Of a stretch of DNA of 64,000 bases, positions 36,115 through 43,759 are shown in pieces (the first letter of the stretch is position 1; the number at the start of each line of letters is the position of its first letter). Below the pieces are notes generated by a model, which saw only the letters and a list, made by a program, of their open reading frames with translations, searched no databases and was not told the origin of the DNA. This DNA is from Solirubrobacterales bacterium (GTDB lineage: Bacteria > Actinomycetota > Thermoleophilia > Solirubrobacterales > 70-9): the NCBI GenBank assembly GCA_036403715.1, contig DASWQL010000005.1, positions 2,295-66,294 of the forward strand. Direction: 5' to 3'. The position numbers were made by a program, and so were the translations under genes.

Positions 36115-37911
36115 ATGATCGCCAAACTGGATTCTGATGCAGTTCATAAGCGTCAGCAAGAGCTCGTAGATGACATAAGTGAGGCCGGTTTTGATGTTGG
36201 CCTCACCGTCGGTAAAGCGTTCGTGGAGAGCATTCGCGATATCGGATACCGGTCAACGGGCACGGCCGCCAACGAGCTCATCGATAACAGCGCGCAGGCG
36301 GGTGCCGAGAACGTCCATATCTGCTTCGGATACAGCGACGGCTCTCGCAAGCCCAGTTCAGTCGCCGTCATTGATGACGGCATCGGGATGGTTCCAGGTA
36401 TGACCCGAGCGGCACTCTTGTGGGGGGGGACCGATCGCCACAACAACCGGGACCTGTTCGGACGCTTCGGCTACGGATTGCCATCCGCTTCTGTAAGCCA
36501 AGGTCGCCGGGTGGAGGTGTACTCCAAGCCCGGAAAGGGGGGTTTCCATCGAGCCGTGCTCGATCTCGATGACATCGCTAGCGGAAAGAATCTTTCCAAG
36601 GGTCGAGTGAGCATCCCCAAGCCCGAGAAGGCGAAACTTCCCGAGTTTGTCGTCGATTACATCGCCCAGCAGTTTCCGGGTGGATCTGAGGCGGCGAACA
36701 CCGTGGTCGTCTGGAGCTCTCTAGATCGGCTCACCTTTCGTACGACCGATCGGCTCGAGAATCACCTACTGGAGACCTTCGGCGTCACCTATCGAAACCA
36801 TCTGCGGAAAATCGGGGTGGCTGTCAATGGAAAGCCAGCCGAGCCGGTCGATCCTCTCTTTACGACCGAGGGAGCACGATTCTACGACCTAGATGAGGAT
36901 CGAGCGCAACCGGAAGAGCCCCTGTCGTTCGACGTGAGAGATCGCGACACGAAGAAAGTAATCGGCAAAATTCGCGCCCGCTTCTCGGTGATGCCGCCGT
37001 CCTTCGCAAGTATCGATAAGAAGAAGGAAGCACGCGGCGGGAATGCGAACAAGAGGTTCGCGATCATCAAGGACCACAACGGTCTAATCGTCCTCCGGGC
37101 GGGTAGGCAGATCGATGTCGTGACCAACGGACTTCCGACGGTGTTCGTGAACTACGACCGATACGTCGGCCTGGAGATCGATTTCCCTCCTGCTCTTGAC
37201 GAGTATTTTGGGGTGACTACTCACAAGCAGCAGATCACGTTGTCGGAGCGGATCTTGCAATTGCTCGATGAAAACGGGGTGTGGAAGACGCTTGAGCAGC
37301 TGCGAAAGCGATCGCGTGAGATGCGTGCCGACCTCACCGCGGCGTATGACAGTCCACCAAACGAGGACGACAAGCGGCCGTCAGAGATCGCCATGGAGGA
37401 GGCCGTCGAGTTTGATCCGCCCGAGCCCGAGAGTGAGCGAAAGGCCAAGAAAGAAGAGGAGGGACGTGAGGCGGCTATCGACGACCTCGTATCGAAAGGA
37501 GTATCACGTCAGGATGCCGAACAGGTCGTCGAGACGGTCGAGAAGGATAGGCCCTTTCGCGTTGAAGTTGAGAGCAATCCAGAGGGTCCGTTCTACCGTG
37601 CGGAGTTGCGTGGCGGGCAGGTCGTCCTGCTTGTCAACTCGAAACACCGCTTCTATACCGACGTCTATGCTGCGGCGAGTGGGCCGGACGGAGCGCGGTT
37701 CAGGCAGTCGCTTGAGGTCGTGCTCTTTGTGATGGCGAAGGCAGAGGTCGAGGCTTCGGGGGAGCGGGAGCTCTTCTACAAGAGCGAGCGACAGCTCTGG
37801 TCTTCGCGTCTCACTGTTGCGCTCGCAAAGCTCGGGGACGTAATCGATCTTTCTCCGGAAGAGGCGGAGCCGATCGATGCTTCCGGGGCCGAAGGGGCAC
37901 CTGTGGTCTAG
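36115..37911 (+). CDS. GHKL-superfamily ATPase, HATPase_c_3 / MORC-like (598 aa)
   Basis: Strong RBS AAAAGGAGAAGATC-ATG. Bergerat motifs occur in order: ANELIDNSAQAGA (motif I), VAVIDDGIGM (motif II) and FGRFGYGLPSAS (motif III). The long C-terminal region has an acidic K/E-rich segment. Confidence 0.8.
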   Translation: MIAKLDSDAVHKRQQELVDDISEAGFDVGLTVGKAFVESIRDIGYRSTGTAANELIDNSAQAGAENVHICFGYSDGSRKPSSVAVIDDGIGMVPGMTRAALLWGGTDRHNNRDLFGRFGYGLPSASVSQGRRVEVYSKPGKGGFHRAVLDLDDIASGKNLSKGRVSIPKPEKAKLPEFVVDYIAQQFPGGSEAANTVVVWSSLDRLTFRTTDRLENHLLETFGVTYRNHLRKIGVAVNGKPAEPVDPLFTTEGARFYDLDEDRAQPEEPLSFDVRDRDTKKVIGKIRARFSVMPPSFASIDKKKEARGGNANKRFAIIKDHNGLIVLRAGRQIDVVTNGLPTVFVNYDRYVGLEIDFPPALDEYFGVTTHKQQITLSERILQLLDENGVWKTLEQLRKRSREMRADLTAAYDSPPNEDDKRPSEIAMEEAVEFDPPEPESERKAKKEEEGREAAIDDLVSKGVSRQDAEQVVETVEKDRPFRVEVESNPEGPFYRAELRGGQVVLLVNSKHRFYTDVYAAASGPDGARFRQSLEVVLFVMAKAEVEASGERELFYKSERQLWSSRLTVALAKLGDVIDLSPEEAEPIDASGAEGAPVV

Positions 37912-37937
37912 CTCGGATTGCATAGCTCTATACCTTG

Positions 37938-37961
37938 GGAGGGCGGCTTTGGCCGCCCTCC
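37938..37961 (+). terminator. Hairpin GGAGGGCGGC-tttg-GCCGCCCTCC followed by TTT, between the GHKL and DUF4338-like genes
   Basis: 10-bp perfect stem, 27 nt after the GHKL stop. It could be an intrinsic terminator or an attenuator. Confidence 0.5.
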
Positions 37962-38054
37962 TTTGCAGCTGCGACGGTGAGCGAAATTCCTCCTAAACAA
38001 AAATCCCCTGCAGAGCCAGAAGCCAAGCCGTCCAATGGCTTGGAAGGTCGCGTG

Positions 38055-39212
38055 ATGGCGAAGGGCTTGCTGAGGGCTCGCGTGATCGGAGAGCTTCAGA
38101 GGGCCGGCTTTGTTTACGAGGGCGGGCTCCTGCTGCTTCCCGAGGCGGCTGATCCGAAGGATCTGGTCCGGGGCCTTCACGCGATTCATCGCGAAAGCGT
38201 CCTCGCGAAGAATGCCCAGTTCCTTAACGAGTGGGAGGATCGCCTCCTGGAGGACTTTGCATCTGGGGTTGAAGTCGACCCAACGAAGATTCAGCCCGTC
38301 GTCGAACCGGTTGACTCAACGCGCGAGCGAGCTCTATTTCGGTTTGCGAGTCTTCACTGGAGCGTCCCGGTGTCGCAGGGATATGGGCGGCGAAGTCGTT
38401 TTCTCGTGCGTGATCTCGCAACCGAGAAAATGATCGGGATATTTGCGTTGGGAGATCCTGTCTTCAACCTCGGAGTCAGAGATCGTTTAGTTGGGTGGAG
38501 TCAGCAGGATCGACAAGAGCGGCTGTACAACGTCTTCGACGCTTACGTCTTGGGTGCCGTTGACCCCTATCGCCAGATCATTGGGGGAAAGCTCGTCGCC
38601 CTGCTGGCTCTTGCTGACGAGACCAGTGAGTACCTAGTGAAGAAGTATGCAGGGAAGACAACTGAAATTCTCGGCGAGAAAAAGAAGGCCGATCCTGTTC
38701 TTATCACCACCACTTCATCGATGGGACGATCGTCAATTTATAGCCGTCTCAAGTACAACGATCGGTGGGCATACCGGTCTATCGGGTTTACCGAAGGCTT
38801 TGGGCACTTTCACTTTAGTGACGAGCTCTTCGACGGCCTGATACAGCATCTCCGCGACGCTGGACACGATGTTCGTGGAAACGAATACGGGGAAGGCCCC
38901 AATTGGAAAATCCGCACCATCCGTAGGGCCTTGGAGGAGATCGACCTAAACGGTGACCTACTTCGGCATGGAATCCAACGGGAGGTCTTTGTAGCGCCAC
39001 GAGCGCTTGGGTGGCGCGCGTTTCTTAGAGGGGAAACCGACTACCTTCAGTGGTTCGACTATCCACAGGCTGGCCTAAATGACTTTTGGCGGAGTCGCTG
39101 GGGAGTGCCTCGGGCCGAGAGGGACGATCGGTACTTGGCCCATAATCGCGATGCGATGAGGTTGACGCCGATGTTGGAAGCCATGGAGAAGGAAGGAACG
39201 TCGACCTCCTAG
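38055..39212 (+). CDS. DUF4338-like protein (DruA-type domain)
   Basis: The core HWSVPVSQGYGRRSRFLVRD...IGIFALGDPVFNLGVRDRLVGWSQQDRQERLYNVFDAYVLG...IIGGKLVALL parallels the DUF4338 pattern as I recall it (HYLGY..G..L.YLVRD...LLFGSAAWK.A.RD.FIGW....R...L....NN.RFLILP). ATG 38055 has GGAAGG 7 nt upstream. The track ORF starts earlier, at 37935. Confidence 0.65.
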   Translation: MAKGLLRARVIGELQRAGFVYEGGLLLLPEAADPKDLVRGLHAIHRESVLAKNAQFLNEWEDRLLEDFASGVEVDPTKIQPVVEPVDSTRERALFRFASLHWSVPVSQGYGRRSRFLVRDLATEKMIGIFALGDPVFNLGVRDRLVGWSQQDRQERLYNVFDAYVLGAVDPYRQIIGGKLVALLALADETSEYLVKKYAGKTTEILGEKKKADPVLITTTSSMGRSSIYSRLKYNDRWAYRSIGFTEGFGHFHFSDELFDGLIQHLRDAGHDVRGNEYGEGPNWKIRTIRRALEEIDLNGDLLRHGIQREVFVAPRALGWRAFLRGETDYLQWFDYPQAGLNDFWRSRWGVPRAERDDRYLAHNRDAMRLTPMLEAMEKEGTSTS

Positions 39213-39217
39213 GCTGG

Positions 39218-39841
39218 TCATGCGGGTCCAGGGCGCGTCAGCATCAAAACATCCCACACCATTGATGGCTGCCATCTATCGCCGGATCGCGGATGCGCAA
39301 TGGAGTCTCGATTAAGACCATTGGCGATCTTGGCGAGGCTTGATCCTTGAACCCTCTCCCAGATGATTCGCTGGATGATCCCGTCCTCGCCCAGCCGATT
39401 CTCGGAGTAGTTGTCGGCCGGGAGGGGTTCCGGTTCGATTGGTTGCTCAGCGGATCTGCCCCTTTTTGCGTAGCTAGCGAGAGTCCGGGCAAGTACCGCT
39501 CCGGCGGCGGTGTCCGTATCGATCCCGTCCTCCACCGAAACGATTGACCACCGAGCGCAGAGGGAATCGTCCATTGCGACTGCGACTTCATTCAGCGACC
39601 CGCTCAGCCGAGCGAGGTCGGCAACGATAATGCCGTCCGTCGTGCCGTTAGCTGCGAGCTTGAGTGCGCGTCGCATGCCGCTTCGACCGAGAGTGTCGCG
39701 ACTGTCGGTCATGTCAAAGATCCAAGTCAAGCTCCAATCCTGACGGCGAGCCTCGGCGCGGATCAGGGACCGCTGCCGATGGACGTCCTCGCGGTCCTCG
39801 GTCGCCAGTGGGCGGCAGTACCCGATCATCCGTGATCTCAT
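39218..39841 (-). CDS. Serine-recombinase-fold protein with substituted catalytic residues (probably inactive)
   Basis: The resolvase-like N-domain (IGYCRPLATED..., GIIVADLARLSGS, IVSVEDGIDTD) and a partial 'Recombinase'-domain helix (IANGLNRDSIAHPRSGDRWQPSMVWDVL) are both present. However, YxRVS(T) reads YCRPLAT and DRLxR reads ARLSG. Confidence 0.6.
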   Translation of the reverse strand: MRSRMIGYCRPLATEDREDVHRQRSLIRAEARRQDWSLTWIFDMTDSRDTLGRSGMRRALKLAANGTTDGIIVADLARLSGSLNEVAVAMDDSLCARWSIVSVEDGIDTDTAAGAVLARTLASYAKRGRSAEQPIEPEPLPADNYSENRLGEDGIIQRIIWERVQGSSLAKIANGLNRDSIAHPRSGDRWQPSMVWDVLMLTRPGPA

Positions 39842-40094
39842 CGTTTGACCAAGGGGTTTCGGGCCTCTTGGACTCCCCGCCGGGCAGCAGCTTGTATTTC
39901 TGACTCGCGGTCAACGCCTCGGTCATCACGTGTCCTAGGTGTCCCGGCGTCCCCGGGTTCAAGGCTGCACTCGGTCCACGGCCGGGTGATCGCAGGCAGG
40001 CCGTGAATCGCCGCGGGGCGGCTTCGGAGGCGGGTTCTGTGGCTCATTGCAGTGGTATTGAGATAGCTCCCGGTACCAGCGGTGGTACCGAGGA

Positions 40095-41222
40095 CTACTC
40101 CGAGGCCGTCTCTCGCCACCAGTCGGCTGCCCGTGCAGCTGCTTCCCGGTGGGCCTTCTTGTCGGGGTGCCCGTACTGGTCGATCGTCGTCTGGATGTCG
40201 GCGTGGCCGAGTTGCTGCTGGACGAAGTAGATCGACTCTCCGGCGGCGAGCCAGAGGGTTGCAGCGGTGTGCCTGAGGTCGTGGAGGCGGACGAGAGGGG
40301 GGAGGCCAGCATCCTCGAGGGCGTGGTTGTGGCCGCGTCGTCGAACGTTGTGGCGATTCAGCATCAGTCCTTCCGGGCTCCGGAAGACCAGGTTCGTGAT
40401 GCCGCTGATGCTGGCTTGATCGGCGCGGTGTTCGCGCAGAAGGTTGAGGAGGTAGGGCGCCAGGAGCACCGTCCGGGAGCGGTCGCCCTTCGGCGTGCCG
40501 ATCTCGCCGCCGTCCTTCGCTGCACGGGAGATCTGGACAGCGCTGCCGTCCCAGTCGATGTCGCGCCACTCGAGCGCGATGGCCTCGCCGATCCGCAGTC
40601 CGGCCCCGATCAGCATCTCGGCGAGCGGGCGGTACCAGGTCTCGCAGGCGTCGAGATAGTGAACGGCTTCCTCCCGGTTCAGATGCAGCATCGTCGGGCG
40701 CTCGTAGGGAAGCTCCAGCGGGTGATCGCGGTCGTCGTTCTTTGCCGTGTTGCTACCGAGGACGCCTTCGCGTACCGCCGCTCCGAGGATCTGCCGCAGT
40801 GGGATCAGGCTGTCGTTGACGGTCTTGCGACTGAGCTTTGTGTCCTGATCCTGTTCGGCGAGATAAGCCTCGATCTTCGCTCGGGTAATCTGCCGCAGCT
40901 TCAGGGCTCCGAAGGCGGGTTTCAGTCGCTTGCGGAGGTGAATCTCGTAGTCGCGATAGGTCGCAGCCTCGACGCGCGGGCGCTTGCGCTCCAGCCAGCG
41001 ATCCGCGACTTCGTTGAAGGTCTCGGTGCTGGTGGAGCGCTGCGCGCCTCGCTGGACAGCAGCGAGGGCCTCATTGAGCGTTCGCTGGGCCTCCTGCTTC
41101 GAGGGGCCGACTGCCTGCTTGACCTGAGTGCCGTCCGCCGTCCGGTACTTGATGTCGAAGACGACGCCTTTGGTCTTCGTCCTCCGCTTAATGATCGTGC
41201 CGCGAGCCATCGCGTTACCCAC
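40095..41222 (-). CDS. int: Tyrosine-type site-specific integrase
   Basis: Contains R...HDLRHTAATLWLAAGESIYFVQQQLGHADIQTTIDQYGH (R-H-R-Y catalytic region) and a SAM-like N-domain. Confidence 0.9.
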   Translation of the reverse strand: MGNAMARGTIIKRRTKTKGVVFDIKYRTADGTQVKQAVGPSKQEAQRTLNEALAAVQRGAQRSTSTETFNEVADRWLERKRPRVEAATYRDYEIHLRKRLKPAFGALKLRQITRAKIEAYLAEQDQDTKLSRKTVNDSLIPLRQILGAAVREGVLGSNTAKNDDRDHPLELPYERPTMLHLNREEAVHYLDACETWYRPLAEMLIGAGLRIGEAIALEWRDIDWDGSAVQISRAAKDGGEIGTPKGDRSRTVLLAPYLLNLLREHRADQASISGITNLVFRSPEGLMLNRHNVRRRGHNHALEDAGLPPLVRLHDLRHTAATLWLAAGESIYFVQQQLGHADIQTTIDQYGHPDKKAHREAAARAADWWRETASE

Positions 41223-41444
41223 TCACCTGCGGCCGGGGGTCCAGGTCGCCCGTTGTTCCTCCAGCCAGGAGTCGAGATCGGCCCTCACGAACCGCAGTGG
41301 GCCACCGGGACCGCCGAGGCGGATTGACGGTACGCGCCCATCCGCAGCTGCTGCGTAGACCCAGGTGCGAGAGACGGCGAGAAGCTTGCAGACTTCGGCG
41401 GGCTTCATCAGCGTCGGATCGGCGACCAGGCTCATAGCGCGCAC
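41223..41444 (-). CDS. xis: Excisionase / AlpA-type HTH_17 DNA-binding protein
   Basis: LMKPAEVCKLLAVSRTWVYAAAADGRVPSIRLGG..LRFVRADLDSWL. It lies immediately upstream of int. Confidence 0.8.
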   Translation of the reverse strand: MRAMSLVADPTLMKPAEVCKLLAVSRTWVYAAAADGRVPSIRLGGPGGPLRFVRADLDSWLEEQRATWTPGRR

Positions 41445-41538
41445 CAGCCGATCTGGAAGGAGTCTTGACGGAGAGTGTCAACCCCAGAAAAAAAAACACC
41501 TCGGTGGGCGCGGCACAATTTCACGACCTCCGCCACAT

Positions 41539-42834
41539 TCACGAGTCCAGACGTAGGTCGTCGAGGCTTGGTAGGACCCCGCGATCCTGTGGCAAGGGCT
41601 CGCCGACTTTGATCAGGCGGGGCTGTCCACGCTGACTTTCGACCTCCTGGAGGAGATCGAGTTTGATCGCTCCCCTTGTGCGACGAGTGACGGTGGTCCG
41701 GTGAATGCCGAGATGTGCGGCGATTTCAGCGAGTTTCACCGGCTCGCCAGCCACACCGACGTGGTACTGCAGGTGATCGACCGCTTCGACGGTCTCGCGG
41801 ATCTGCGCCGGAACCGCTTGGCCAGAGCTGTAAGCCAATATGTCGGCGACCAGCTCATGGACGGCGGCATAGTCATCCACCGCCGCGACGATCTGGCCGT
41901 CGCGATCCCGCTCGCGCCGGGTTTGGTGGAGCAGGGCGTGAGCTTCCACCAGCCCTAGGACGGCCTGGAAGTCGCGACGCATGCGAGTAGCAGAGTGATC
42001 ACAGGCAGCCGCAACTCGTCCCGCGAAGGGCACTACAACTGTGTGCTCTCCGCTCCCGATCAGGCGGTCGAGCGCGTGGAATTCGCTGAGATCCGGTTCA
42101 AAGGTCTTCCCTTCGGCGGCGCGAGCAACGCTTTCCAGGATCGCCTTGGTCGCCGCAGGTCCGTCGTCGACATTGACAGAGAACAGCCGCGTGCCTAGCT
42201 CGTAGTCGATTCTCCCTGCACTGGAGATGATCAGGCCGGTCGGTCCATCCTTTTCGAGTTTCACGGTGCGACGTCCGCCATCGAAGTCGGTGTACTCGTG
42301 GACGATTTTTCCCTCGCTGAGGAGGCAACGGACCAAATATGCGGTGTTCTTGTTCGCTAGCGCGTCTGCCTCGTAGAGAACGATCATGCGGTGGACGAAC
42401 TCCTCGCCTGAGTAGGCGAGGGCTTTCTCGCTCATCGAGGTCAGGACGTAGGTCGCCTCGGATGAGGCGAAATCGAGTGCCCTCGTAATCGCGTAGCTCT
42501 TCCCCGCCGACGACTCACCCCTGACCGCGACCGACACCGGCTTGGCGAGATGTCTGGTGTAGAGGGCAAGCACCAGGAGCATGACAATGCGAGTGTTGCC
42601 CGCGAACGTCCCGGTCGCCCGAAGCATCTCCGCGACTGCGCCGAGGACGTCGCTCGATTGGAGTAGCTTCGGGCATTGGGCCGCGTGATCTGTCGGGGCT
42701 GGTGACGAGTCACCGTTCTCTTCAACTTCGGTATCGAGCCGCTCATCTTCGTCTCGGCGGAGTTCCTCGCGCCATTCCTGTTCCTTCTGCTTCTTCTTCT
42801 CGTTCATTGTCTGCCTCATTCGGATTAGTGACAT
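41539..42834 (-). CDS. P-loop NTPase, putative replication/helicase protein of the element, with a C-terminal HTH
   Basis: Walker A VRGESSAGKSYA, Walker B HRMIVLYEAD, C-terminal LAEIAAHLGIHRTTVTRR. The start is taken at ATG 42834 (AGGAG 11 nt upstream); the track ORF extends to 42993. Confidence 0.6.
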   Translation of the reverse strand: MSLIRMRQTMNEKKKQKEQEWREELRRDEDERLDTEVEENGDSSPAPTDHAAQCPKLLQSSDVLGAVAEMLRATGTFAGNTRIVMLLVLALYTRHLAKPVSVAVRGESSAGKSYAITRALDFASSEATYVLTSMSEKALAYSGEEFVHRMIVLYEADALANKNTAYLVRCLLSEGKIVHEYTDFDGGRRTVKLEKDGPTGLIISSAGRIDYELGTRLFSVNVDDGPAATKAILESVARAAEGKTFEPDLSEFHALDRLIGSGEHTVVVPFAGRVAAACDHSATRMRRDFQAVLGLVEAHALLHQTRRERDRDGQIVAAVDDYAAVHELVADILAYSSGQAVPAQIRETVEAVDHLQYHVGVAGEPVKLAEIAAHLGIHRTTVTRRTRGAIKLDLLQEVESQRGQPRLIKVGEPLPQDRGVLPSLDDLRLDS

Positions 42835-42854
42835 CGGTATGGCTGCTCCTCTGC

Positions 42855-42908
42855 TGTGCACGCACAGCCGCACACCCGGATTTGGCGCCGTGCGCCTGTG
42901 CGTGCACA
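42855..42908. repeat. 13-bp inverted repeat TGTGCACGCACAG ... CTGTGCGTGCACA just upstream of the replicase gene
   Basis: The arms are at 42855-42867 and 42896-42908, with a 28-nt spacer. The repeat lies 21-74 nt upstream of the proposed start. Confidence 0.7.
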
Positions 42909-43232
42909 TCGGGATAGGGCACCGTTGGCCCTGTCGCCACCGATGTCGATTTCTGGGGTCTTGGTCCTCTTTCTGCGCCGGAGCCGAGCGCATCTAGAGG
43001 CGCCGGCCAGAAATTCCTGGAATTTGCGGGAGAAGGGAGCGCTACAGAGGTCCGTAGCTAGACCCGTGAGTCACTTTCCGTTTGACGGCAAGGGACGAGT
43101 TGGGCCGAGAAAATGAGGCGTGTTCACGACAGGACTTGCCACGGCAGGCGGCACCAAAGGATGGCGGTGGCTGGCGAACTGGCCGAAATCACCGGAGCAC
43201 CTAGGTCCTATAGACACCGATGGCTCCGGGCC

Positions 43233-43331
43233 TCTCCGTGACCTTCGGAGGGTCTGTGACTATGCCGATCTTCGCGGGATCAAAAGAATCCGCGGGAAGG
43301 CCGCGCGTGCCTCCGAGATATATGACGGGAC
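43233..43331 (+). repeat. R1: 99-nt module homologous to R2 (44167-44265)
   Basis: The shared blocks are TCTCCGT.A.CTTCGG.GGGTCTG.G.CTAT and GCGCGTG..CT.C.GAGATATATG.CGGGAC. They are separated by a diverged spacer of equal total length. Confidence 0.7.
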
Positions 43332-43644
43332 GGGGCACTGCCCTATCCGAGGTTCGGACGGACCCGCGCTGTAGAACGGCAGAATCCGCGACCGTGATGT
43401 TGTCGCTAGCCCTTTCTTTTTGAGGCGCCGCCGCCAGCGTCTTCTCTTTGAGGAGCGGCCCTAGTCCGAGGCCGGGCGCTTCCGGCTCATGTGGAGAGTC
43501 TTCCGCCTGGCGTAGACGGATCAGCGCCTTTATGCGTCTCGCCGTCCCCGCACCCCGTTAGTGGCTGGGCTACTCCAATATTCGGAGACCCCGAGGAACC
43601 CGACGGAGGCTCTTCCGTGAACTCGGAGATATGTATCCGCGCGA

Positions 43645-43752
43645 ACCCGATGTCAGAGGGCACGGCGCGGGGTTGCCATTGGCCTACCCGAGCATTACGG
43701 GTGCAACCAGGCATCCCAACGTGGCCTGAAGCCGTGCCCTCTGACATCGGGT
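43645..43752. repeat. 22-bp perfect inverted repeat with a 64-nt structured spacer
   Basis: ACCCGATGTCAGAGGGCACGGC (43645-43666) pairs with GCCGTGCCCTCTGACATCGGGT (43731-43752). The spacer contains nested stems GGTTGC/GCAACC and ACCCG/CGGGT. Confidence 0.8.
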
Positions 43753-43759
43753 CGGTACC

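Noticed and set aside
35873-36118. 81-aa ORF ending in an ATGA overlap with the GHKL gene start
   Set aside because: The overlap looked like translational coupling. However, the peptide is R/G/P-rich shadow-like, and the GHKL gene has its own strong RBS. The CxxC..CxxC frame (35824..36087) is the more plausible small gene, though it remains uncertain.
39968-40010. A third intact tRNA or pseudo-tRNA inside the island
   Set aside because: Only a partial, degenerate match to tRNA-Pro is present, and no cloverleaf can be folded. It is treated as a possible att remnant in the findings, not as an RNA gene.
43120-43374. 84-aa ORF over repeat R1, and 178-aa ORF 43988..44524 over R2, considered as paralogous proteins
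   Set aside because: Not annotated as CDS. There are no RBS or start signals, and the 178-aa ORF is antisense to two better-supported genes. The similarity is confined to two nucleotide blocks with indels between them. This is kept as an open question in the findings rather than as a gene call.
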